This document shows positions 29,309-37,206 of a stretch of DNA of 64,000 nt, in pieces. A program made the translations under genes and the position numbers. The stretch is taken from assembly GCA_014800245.1 (NCBI GenBank), contig JAAVGM010000018.1:26944-90943 (forward strand), in the 5' to 3' direction. How positions within the stretch are numbered: the stretch's first letter is position 1; every line of letters begins with the position of its first letter. Source of the stretch: Bacteroidales bacterium (GTDB lineage Bacteria > Bacteroidota > Bacteroidia > Bacteroidales > Muribaculaceae). The notes under the pieces are model-generated. The model worked only from the letters and a program-made list of their open reading frames with translations. It had not been told where the DNA came from and did not search any database.

Positions 29309-30106
29309 ATGCAAAAGATCAGTCCATTGGCCTTTATTCATCCGGATGCTCAGATTGGCGATAATGTCACCATCAATGCATTTGCCTACATTGACAAGAA
29401 TGTAGTGATCGGCGACGACTGTGTGATCTGCCCTCATGTAAGCATTCTTTCCGGTGCACGTATCGGGAAAGGGAATGTATTCTATGATGGCTGTATTATT
29501 TCAGCGTCTCCTCAAGACTTTAGATGGAAAGGCGACGATAGCTATGTTGTGATCGGCGATAATAATAAATTTCGCGAACATGTGATCATCAACCGCAGCA
29601 TCCACCCCGGAGGAGAAACCAAGATAGGAAATAACTCCTTTATCATGGCTCAGTCGCATATCGCCCACGATTCTGTAATCGGCGACTGGGTGGTGATTGG
29701 AAATGCAGTGAAGATTGCCGGAAATTGCAAGATCAACAACTACACCATCTTGTCTTCCAACGCCCTTGTGCATGAGAATTGCGAAATCGGAGAATGGGTT
29801 CTTATCAAAGGCGGATGCCGCGTCAACAACCATGTGCCTCCATTCGTGATCATGGCCCACAATCCAATTGAGTATTATGGTGTGAATGCCTATGTGCTCA
29901 AAAAGGGAAAGAAATCCGACGAGCTAATCAATGAGATTGCAAAATGCTACCGTCATATCTACCAGACCAACACTTCTCCGGGAAATGCATACAAACGCAT
30001 CATCTCGGATGTGGAGGAGAGCAAAGAGCGTCAAGAGATTCTTGATTTCTTGAAAGGACATAATTACAAGCTTGCAGCTCTTCCCGATATCACCGGAGAG
30101 GAATAA
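29309..30106 (+). CDS. lpxA: LpxA paralogue (acyl-ACP-dependent hexapeptide-repeat acyltransferase)
   Basis: Left-handed beta-helix hexapeptide repeats; PQD, HIAHD, VPPF, GVN; lies 25 nt after the OMF gene, outside the usual lpxD-lpxC/fabZ-lpxA context. Confidence 0.85.
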   Translation: MQKISPLAFIHPDAQIGDNVTINAFAYIDKNVVIGDDCVICPHVSILSGARIGKGNVFYDGCIISASPQDFRWKGDDSYVVIGDNNKFREHVIINRSIHPGGETKIGNNSFIMAQSHIAHDSVIGDWVVIGNAVKIAGNCKINNYTILSSNALVHENCEIGEWVLIKGGCRVNNHVPPFVIMAHNPIEYYGVNAYVLKKGKKSDELINEIAKCYRHIYQTNTSPGNAYKRIISDVEESKERQEILDFLKGHNYKLAALPDITGEE

Positions 30107-30163
30107 ACCTGCGTCGGGCAGATATTCTTAAATATATTCAAGACAACTTAGAATATTATCAAT

Positions 30164-30194
30164 AAAAAGGGACGGTTTGACCGTTCCTTTTTTT
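30164..30194 (+). terminator. Intrinsic terminator of the RND-lpxA operon
   Basis: AAAAAGGGACGGT-TTG-ACCGTTCCTTTTTTT. Confidence 0.85.
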
Positions 30195-30238
30195 AATTTT
30201 TAACAGATTCCTATAACTGAATATTCAAAATGTTTAAT

Positions 30239-30246
30239 TAATTTTG
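30239..30246 (+). promoter_or_regulatory. -7 promoter element for cdsA
   Basis: TAATTTTG. Confidence 0.6.
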
Positions 30247-30313
30247 CAAAAGTAATGGATAGGGAATTTATCTTCCCTCCAAACTATCATTCTTCACCTG
30301 ATTATCTCTTAAA

Positions 30314-31138
30314 ATGGATTTAAAGAAATTACTGACACGCGCCCTCTCCGGTCTCGTTTATGTGCTTATAATAGTTGGTTGTATTCTTTGGGGCTATCCG
30401 GGATTGGCGATTCTCGGAGTGGTGCTTGCGATTCTGGCTACCTTCGAATTGGAGAAGATATGCCATGATGTTAATTCCCGAACCACGCCTTTGATTTTAA
30501 TAGATATCTTAGGGGTGGTTGTCCTATCCCTGTCTTTTAATAATTATATCCCTGTGTTCCCCTTGGTGATATGGGCGGCAATAATTATTGTGAGATTTGT
30601 GATGGAGCTATACATGAAGAATGAGAACCCTCTTCGCTCTCTTGCTCATTCAATGCTCGCTCAGATATATATCGGCGTTCCATTGGCTGCAATGAGCGCC
30701 ACAGCATTTATCCTTGATCCCAAGGTGATATTAATGGTTTTCCTAATGCTCTGGATCAGCGATACGGGAGCTTACATTGTAGGAAGCTTGATTGGTAAGC
30801 ATCGTCTTTTTGAACGCATCTCCCCTAAAAAATCTTGGGAAGGCTTCTTCGGAGGGCTTATCTTTAATATTATAGCTGCTTCTCTTTTCTGCTGTTACTC
30901 CGATTCTTTCTGGGGAATTCATTCCAATATTGCTATCTGGATTCCGTTGGCAGTAATTGTGACAGTGTTCGGCACATGGGGCGACTTGGTGGAGTCAATG
31001 CTTAAACGTCATCTAAATATAAAGGATTCGGGAAATCTCATTCCGGGGCATGGTGGAATCCTCGACAGAATCGATTCATTCCTAATAGCGATGCCGGCAG
31101 TGATGGTTTTCTTCGCTTGCTTATATATTTTCATTTAA
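30314..31138 (+). CDS. cdsA: Phosphatidate cytidylyltransferase
   Basis: SDTGAY, ISPKKSWEG, GDLVESMLKR, KDSG.LIPGHGGILDRIDS. Confidence 0.96.
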   Translation: MDLKKLLTRALSGLVYVLIIVGCILWGYPGLAILGVVLAILATFELEKICHDVNSRTTPLILIDILGVVVLSLSFNNYIPVFPLVIWAAIIIVRFVMELYMKNENPLRSLAHSMLAQIYIGVPLAAMSATAFILDPKVILMVFLMLWISDTGAYIVGSLIGKHRLFERISPKKSWEGFFGGLIFNIIAASLFCCYSDSFWGIHSNIAIWIPLAVIVTVFGTWGDLVESMLKRHLNIKDSGNLIPGHGGILDRIDSFLIAMPAVMVFFACLYIFI

Positions 31139-31155
31139 CCATAAGTGCAACATAT

Positions 31156-31202
31156 CATATAGCATAAAAGGCATTCCTTAGGAATGCCTTTTATGCTATA
31201 TG
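31156..31202. terminator. Bidirectional terminator; perfect inverted repeat with 23-bp arms
   Basis: CATATAGCATAAAAGGCATTCCT-T-AGGAATGCCTTTTATGCTATATG between convergent genes. Confidence 0.85.
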
Positions 31203-31226
31203 TATTTCAGACTTCATCCATTAAAA

Positions 31227-31934
31227 TCATTTAATTCGGAACCAATATCCAGCCGATATCATTATCGACATTGAATTGGATCCACGGAAATTCTCCGTTC
31301 TTCCTGACTTAAGCACATTCCCTAATCCATAATAAAAACGTCCTTCAATATAGATGGAATTTCTCCTGTTTAGATTGAATTCTCCACCTAAGCCCGCTGA
31401 AATACCATAATCCACCTTCGGATCGGCATCCATCAGATACTGATAGGTGGTTCGCAACGGGAATCCCGAGATTGAGCTGACATTCTTATAATCGAAATTC
31501 GACTTTGTGCTCTCCCCTATCTTGAATCCCACTTCCGGACCTGCATTGAAGAAAAAGCGTCCCCTCCGACCGAAATAAATATGGGCGAGGAAAGGGATTT
31601 GAATATAATTAATTGTGCGAGAATATTCGAATGGTTTATCCTCAAAATTCTCCTTCCATCCCCTTTGCTCAAAATTCAATTCCGTTATCAAACCGAAATG
31701 ATTCTCTTCAATATATCTGAACGTCACTCCGGCATTTCCTCCTAAAAGGAAACCTTGCTTCACACTTGGAGTAAAGAAAACTCGGGAGAGATCCACGCCT
31801 CCCTTCACACCAAGCGAGACGTTACTGCTATAATGGGTCTGTGAAAATAAGGGAAGAACGCCGGCTGCCGTCATCACGACAGCTGCCCCCATCCCCTTTA
31901 TCAGGCTATTGCTTTTCCAAGATATCATATTCAT
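31227..31934 (-). CDS. Outer-membrane beta-barrel protein (PorT/porin family)
   Basis: Signal peptide, alternating aromatic strands, GVKGG, YIQIP, GPEVGF, EGRFYYGL; start overlaps the LysM gene stop. Confidence 0.8.
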   Translation of the reverse strand: MNMISWKSNSLIKGMGAAVVMTAAGVLPLFSQTHYSSNVSLGVKGGVDLSRVFFTPSVKQGFLLGGNAGVTFRYIEENHFGLITELNFEQRGWKENFEDKPFEYSRTINYIQIPFLAHIYFGRRGRFFFNAGPEVGFKIGESTKSNFDYKNVSSISGFPLRTTYQYLMDADPKVDYGISAGLGGEFNLNRRNSIYIEGRFYYGLGNVLKSGRTENFRGSNSMSIMISAGYWFRIK

Positions 31935-33895
31935 TTCACCTTCAGCTTTTCAATGGTTCCGAGAGGAGAGAATCTGACAAGATAGACCAAAGGATTGTAT
32001 AGACCGCTCCAATTCTCCGGACGAATAAATGAGAAATCAGACTGCACTGAATTCCTGCTCTCCTTCAGGTCATTTATATCGCCGCCGACTTCAACCCAGG
32101 ATGGGATAAAATAGATTGCCTCGTCGTATCCCATGGTTGAATACATCGGGAAGGATTTAGCCGGAGTCATATTGAAGATGTTTCTATACTCCACTTCAAA
32201 CTTATCGGCTTCCTTGCTATTCTTGTCATAATAGAAACGCGCAGGAATAAGAATATCAGCTTTATGGAAATCCTCCTTCATTGAATCGTCATATACTATC
32301 CAGCTCGGACGTCCCACAAAACCGAAGGTAGCTTCAAAATGTTCGTTGCGCAAATCAATCACTTCCTCTACAAGCTCGGTTATCTCACTCTTCTTAGAGA
32401 CATTTCCAAGAATAAGATAAGTGGTGCCGGCCTCTATTGGATATTCCTTCAAAGCCTCGGCTGAAGATAGATGCACTGTCTTGGATGACCCCCATTTATC
32501 CTCAAGTTCGTTTGAGAAAGTATCGTCTTTGTCTCCTCCCACGATAAGGAGTGTGGAATAGGGATATCTTTGTGCAAGATTATTTACAATCTCCTCATTA
32601 AAATAATTAGAGGGAGTAAGGATATTCACAAAATATGGATTTGAGAGATACCGTTCATCCTTCAAGTCGAAAGTATTGATAATCGGCACTTGACTCACTA
32701 TGGCATAGTCGGCGAAAAACGCAGGAGTATTCTTTTCGTAGGTGGTGAAGATTAAGGATGCGCCATAGTTTCCGAGACTATCAATCAGACGGTCTTGAGC
32801 CCACCTTCCGTCGAACACCTTTACATCAATTCTATAATCCCTGTTCTTCACCTTATTTACGCCCGTGAGAAAACCACGAGTGAATTCAAGATCCTTTTTT
32901 GAAGAGGGTTCTTCCATCACTATTCCGATTTTCACCTCCTTCATTCTCTCATTTGAGGGGGTTACGCCATGCACATCTTCGTAGATTTCGACTACGCCGG
33001 AAATTGTCTGTTCACGCGGATCCTCTGTGATGACAGTTCTGCTCACGGAATCAACGCCAATCTGAGGAACGCCGAGTATCTGCTTATTCTTCAGCCCGGA
33101 TTTTCCCCCATTAGCTTTCTTCAAATCATCCACACTAACTCCGGTCTTCTCTGAAATGGAATCCCAAGTATCCTTTTTATCCACCTGATAGGTTGAAAAT
33201 CCCACTACCGTGGGCTCTTCCACCATCTTAGTCTCTACTCTAATTCCTTCCCCATATTCCGGAAGCTTGATCTCCTCCCCGGTACGGAAATTATTCTCGG
33301 AAATTCCGGGATTCAATTTCAAGATAGCGGCCACAGTAGTATTATACGTGCGAGCGAGCTGATAAAGCGTATCCCCCTTCTTTATTGTATAGAAATCAGG
33401 ATTCTCCTCAGCAGCGGGAGCAGCTAAAGACGTATCGCTGACTTTTAGAATCTCTCCTGCTTTGATTCCATTTCTACTCTCCGGATTCATCTCGTAAAGT
33501 CGTTCGATAGGGATATGATATTTCAAAGAAATTCCATAGACAGTCTCTCCTTTTTTCACAAGATGCGTAAGCGGCTCAACAATTCTATCCAAATCAATGT
33601 TAGTAGATGAAAGGGTTAAGCCGTTATCGACTGTCTCAGGGTCGCAAGGATAATAGATCTTTGTTCCCTTTGACATCGGGCTAAGCACATTGGAATTGAT
33701 CCTTATCAATTCCTCAAGATTCCAATTAAAATCATTGGCTATATTGAAAAATGTCTGGTTCTTCTTAGCTTCATACACATAATACTGTTTACCCAACACC
33801 TCCACAACAGGAAGTTTGGGCTTGCTTGTTTGTGATATGGCTGTAAAGGCAACCAATCCAATGCCAAAGGAGGATAAGTATTTAAGATGCTTCAT
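31931..33895 (-). CDS. Multi-LysM peptidoglycan-binding protein with a C-terminal periplasmic-binding-protein-like domain
   Basis: About four LysM repeats (HLVKKGETVYGIS, YTIKKGDTLYQLA, YQVDKKDTWDSIS); C-terminal EFTRGFL...GYD domain. Confidence 0.85.
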   Translation of the reverse strand: MKHLKYLSSFGIGLVAFTAISQTSKPKLPVVEVLGKQYYVYEAKKNQTFFNIANDFNWNLEELIRINSNVLSPMSKGTKIYYPCDPETVDNGLTLSSTNIDLDRIVEPLTHLVKKGETVYGISLKYHIPIERLYEMNPESRNGIKAGEILKVSDTSLAAPAAEENPDFYTIKKGDTLYQLARTYNTTVAAILKLNPGISENNFRTGEEIKLPEYGEGIRVETKMVEEPTVVGFSTYQVDKKDTWDSISEKTGVSVDDLKKANGGKSGLKNKQILGVPQIGVDSVSRTVITEDPREQTISGVVEIYEDVHGVTPSNERMKEVKIGIVMEEPSSKKDLEFTRGFLTGVNKVKNRDYRIDVKVFDGRWAQDRLIDSLGNYGASLIFTTYEKNTPAFFADYAIVSQVPIINTFDLKDERYLSNPYFVNILTPSNYFNEEIVNNLAQRYPYSTLLIVGGDKDDTFSNELEDKWGSSKTVHLSSAEALKEYPIEAGTTYLILGNVSKKSEITELVEEVIDLRNEHFEATFGFVGRPSWIVYDDSMKEDFHKADILIPARFYYDKNSKEADKFEVEYRNIFNMTPAKSFPMYSTMGYDEAIYFIPSWVEVGGDINDLKESRNSVQSDFSFIRPENWSGLYNPLVYLVRFSPLGTIEKLKVK

Positions 33896-33944
33896 GTTTC
33901 TTTTCCTATGTTATCCCGGATCATTGTCGCCGGAAGATTAACTG

Positions 33945-34003
33945 CAAAATTAACAAAATATCTTCAATATATCTGATTATTTTGGAATATAATTGTAATT
34001 TTG
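33945..34003. promoter_or_regulatory. Divergent -7 promoter elements (LysM gene and NSS transporter)
   Basis: TAATTTTG on the minus strand (33952-33945) and on the plus strand (33996-34003). Confidence 0.6.
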
Positions 34004-34076
34004 TTTATCAGATTGCTCTGTTTCATATGATAGAGACCACTTATAAACATATGTTTGACAATAATTACTAATTAGT

Positions 34077-35444
34077 ATGGCAAAAAAAGCAACATTCAGC
34101 AGCAAGATAGGTTTAGTGGCTGCAACAGTCGGTTCGGCTGTAGGATTAGGTAATATCTGGAGATTTCCTGCGGAAACTCAGACTAACGGAGGCGCGGCTT
34201 TTCTATTTCTATATATTCTTTGCCTGATAATTTTAGGAGTCCCGGTTATGCTCGCTGAATTCTCCCTTGGTCGTGGCACACAATCAGATGCAGTAAGCGC
34301 ATTCTCCAAGCTTAAACCTCATTCACCTTGGTGGATCACCGGAGGATTGGCCGTCCTCGCCTCATATCTGATCCTTTGCTTCTATATGGTTGTGGCAGGA
34401 TGGACGTTCGAATACTTATGGCAGTCGATCACAGGCGATCTTTACGCCGTGAATCTTGCCAAGGATGGTATGGATGCTTCATTTCATGCCAAAATGGAGG
34501 AATATATCTGCTCGGATCTCTCTCCTCTTATTAATATATATGTCTTGATAGCTGTAAATATTGTAGTTCTTTTATGTGGCGTGCAGAAGGGAATCGAGCG
34601 GCTCTCGAATATAGCGATGCCGATATTATTCATTCTCCTTCTCGTTTTCTGTGGCGTGTCCCTTTCTCTGCCGAATTCCTTTGAAGGTGTCAAGTTTTTC
34701 CTCACTCCTGATTTCTCGAAGATCACTCCCTCAGTGGTGGTTAATGCGCTTGGACAAGCCTTCTTCTCGCTTAGTCTCGGTATGGGAATTCTTGTGACAT
34801 ACTCCTCATATTTCCCCAAAGATACAAAACTCACTAAAACAGCCTTCACAGTTTCTCTTCTTGATCTTTTAGTTGCAGTGCTTATGGGTTTCATAATCTT
34901 CCCTGCAATTTCAAGTTTCGGACTTGGGAATGCAGAGTTGCGTGGATCCACACTTGTTTTTGTGACTCTTCCGGAGATATTCGCCCAAATGCAAGGCACT
35001 CAGCTTTGGTCGGTTCTATTCTTCCTCCTTCTTTTTGTAGCGGCTTTGACCTCTACAATCTCAATTGCAGAGGTTTCGATTGCATGGATTCAGGATAGAT
35101 TTAAAAAGAGCCGTATGGTGGCCACACTAATTGTCATGCTTCCGCTTTTCCTCTTCAGCTCGTTATGCTCACTTTCCTTCGGCTCATTGAATTCCTTCAA
35201 GATATGGGGAATGACTATATTCGATTTTCTTGATACGGTTTCTACCAATATATTCCTTCCCACGGTATCTATCCTCACATGTATCTTCATGGGTTGGGTG
35301 GTGAAGAATGATTTCTTCAAGAAGGAATTGACCAACAACGGGATGCTGAAGGGCAATGGCTATAATCTCACGATTGCCATCGTAAAATATCTTGCTCCAC
35401 CATTGATTCTTCTTATCCTCGTCTCTTTCTTCTTAAAACTCTAA
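34077..35444 (+). CDS. Sodium-dependent transporter, NSS/SNF family
   Basis: GSAVGLGNIWRFP, GGAAF, GQAFFSLSLGMG, AALTSTIS. Confidence 0.95.
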   Translation: MAKKATFSSKIGLVAATVGSAVGLGNIWRFPAETQTNGGAAFLFLYILCLIILGVPVMLAEFSLGRGTQSDAVSAFSKLKPHSPWWITGGLAVLASYLILCFYMVVAGWTFEYLWQSITGDLYAVNLAKDGMDASFHAKMEEYICSDLSPLINIYVLIAVNIVVLLCGVQKGIERLSNIAMPILFILLLVFCGVSLSLPNSFEGVKFFLTPDFSKITPSVVVNALGQAFFSLSLGMGILVTYSSYFPKDTKLTKTAFTVSLLDLLVAVLMGFIIFPAISSFGLGNAELRGSTLVFVTLPEIFAQMQGTQLWSVLFFLLLFVAALTSTISIAEVSIAWIQDRFKKSRMVATLIVMLPLFLFSSLCSLSFGSLNSFKIWGMTIFDFLDTVSTNIFLPTVSILTCIFMGWVVKNDFFKKELTNNGMLKGNGYNLTIAIVKYLAPPLILLILVSFFLKL

Positions 35445-35460
35445 GACCTGAGAGAAATAT

Positions 35461-35514
35461 AAAAAAATGGCATCGGATTCGGCGACTCTTAGTCTGGAAT
35501 CCGATGCCATTTTT
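35461..35514. terminator. Bidirectional terminator between the NSS transporter and the YpfJ-like gene
   Basis: AAAAATGGCATCGGATTC/GAATCCGATGCCATTTTT 18-bp arms with A/T tails. Confidence 0.85.
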
Positions 35515-35538
35515 ATAATTTACAAATATTATGTGGAG

Positions 35539-36402
35539 CTATAGAGAGCTATATGGCATAGAGAAAGTATCTCCGCCGGGGAATTGACCCGTACGGGCAC
35601 CCTTCTCAAGCCATCTCACACGTTGGGCAGAGGTGCCATGATTGAATGTTTCAGGCACCGCATACCCCTGCGCCTGCTTCTGCAAATAGTCATCTCCGAT
35701 CTTTGAGGCGGCATTCAGTCCCTCCTCAATATCGCCGGGCTCCAAGGAACCGAATTTCTCGTTGTCGTGGAAAGCCCAGACTCCGGCATAATAGTCGGCC
35801 TGTAATTCCGTGCGTACACTAATCTGATTCGCTTCCTTTTCGGGCAGACTGCGCATGGCCTGATGCGTCTCATCAAGAGTGCCTAAAAGATTCTGCACGT
35901 GGTGACCTACTTCGTGGGCAATGACATAGGCATACGCAAAATCACCTCCTGCTTTCATATTCTTTTCCATCTCCTCAAAGAATGAAAGGTCGATATAGAG
36001 TGTTTCATCTGCCGAACAATAGAAGGGCCCTACTGCCGACGTAGCGTTGCCGCAGCCGGATTGCACAGACCCGGTGTAGAGCATCATCTTCGGATTGCGA
36101 TAAGTCAATCCGGCCTTCTGAAACTCCTCTTTCCATACATCCTCCGTGCCGGCAAGTATCACCTTGGCAAATTCTTCATATTGCTTCTCCTTCTCGGGCG
36201 ACAACGAAGACTGCATCGCGGTGTTATTCGCTGTCAATCCTCCGGTATTATTCAACACTTCCAGGGGATTTCCTCCGGATATCCATATAATTAGAGCTGT
36301 TATGATCAAACCGCCGATCCCTCCTATTCCGGCAATCTTCCCACCACTCATTCCTCTCCTATCCTCTACATTATTGCTCGATCTTCGTCCGTTAAGTCTC
36401 AT
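35539..36402 (-). CDS. Neutral zinc metallopeptidase (YpfJ family)
   Basis: S.NVEDRRG, SGCG...VGPFYC, HEVGHH, ELQAD, HGTSAQR. Confidence 0.92.
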   Translation of the reverse strand: MRLNGRRSSNNVEDRRGMSGGKIAGIGGIGGLIITALIIWISGGNPLEVLNNTGGLTANNTAMQSSLSPEKEKQYEEFAKVILAGTEDVWKEEFQKAGLTYRNPKMMLYTGSVQSGCGNATSAVGPFYCSADETLYIDLSFFEEMEKNMKAGGDFAYAYVIAHEVGHHVQNLLGTLDETHQAMRSLPEKEANQISVRTELQADYYAGVWAFHDNEKFGSLEPGDIEEGLNAASKIGDDYLQKQAQGYAVPETFNHGTSAQRVRWLEKGARTGQFPGGDTFSMPYSSL

Positions 36403-36424
36403 ACTATATGATTATATTTTAAAT

Positions 36425-36457
36425 TAAAATAGGCCTGCCTATGAACGGGCAGGCCTA
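36425..36457 (-). terminator. Intrinsic terminator of the rubrerythrin gene
   Basis: TAGGCCTGCC/GGCAGGCCTA stem with a U-rich tail on the minus strand. Confidence 0.75.
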
Positions 36458-36492
36458 AACGTAACTAATTTCTTAATATAGAATTTTATTCA

Positions 36493-37035
36493 TTAATAGT
36501 TATCGGGACGCAATTCAAAGAATGCCTGAGGATGCTTGCATACGGGGCATACTTCCGGAGCCTTCTTACCGAAATGTATGTGGCCGCACTCACGGCACAT
36601 CCACATTCTGTCGCCATCGCGAGAGAATACAATGCCATCCTCGATGTTCTTTAAGAGAGTTTTATAACGCTCCATGTGAGTTTTCTCGATTTCGCCTACG
36701 CGCTCGAAAAGACGGGCGATATCATTGAAACCCTCCTCTTTCGCAATTTTAGCGAAATCCTTATACATATCTGTGTATTCATACTCCTCTCCTGCCGCTG
36801 CATCAAGAAGATTGGCGGGTGTTTCGGGCACTTCGCCTCCATGGAGAAGCTTGAACCAGAGTTTAGCGTGTGTATGCTCATTGTGGGAAGTCTCTTCGAA
36901 GATAGCTCCTATCTGCTGATACCCATCCTTCTTAGCCTGCTTGGCATAAAATGAATACTTCACTGCTGCCTGAGATTCGCCGGCAAATGCCGTGCGCAAA
37001 CATTCTTCTGTTTTGCTTCCTTTAAGTTCTTTCAT
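36493..37035 (-). CDS. rbr: Rubrerythrin
   Basis: [10 protein letters not shown] di-iron motifs and C-terminal CxxC...CPVC rubredoxin site; start moved to ATG 37035. Confidence 0.95.
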   Translation of the reverse strand: MKELKGSKTEECLRTAFAGESQAAVKYSFYAKQAKKDGYQQIGAIFEETSHNEHTHAKLWFKLLHGGEVPETPANLLDAAAGEEYEYTDMYKDFAKIAKEEGFNDIARLFERVGEIEKTHMERYKTLLKNIEDGIVFSRDGDRMWMCRECGHIHFGKKAPEVCPVCKHPQAFFELRPDNY

Positions 37036-37151
37036 AATATCGTAGTTTTTTATTAACAATTATAATCAAGCAAAAACAAATCAATTGTTTTCTTTTACCT
37101 TATTTAACGCTTGTTAAAGTTTAATTGTTCATTAAAAACACGCACTGAAAT

Positions 37152-37183
37152 AAAAAAAGCTGATCCCCTTTCGGAAATCAGCT
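37152..37183 (-). terminator. Intrinsic terminator of the M16 peptidase gene
   Basis: AGCTGAT...ATCAGCT stem with a U-tract on the minus strand. Confidence 0.7.
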
Positions 37184-37206
37184 CTATACTATAATTAAAT
37201 AAGAAA

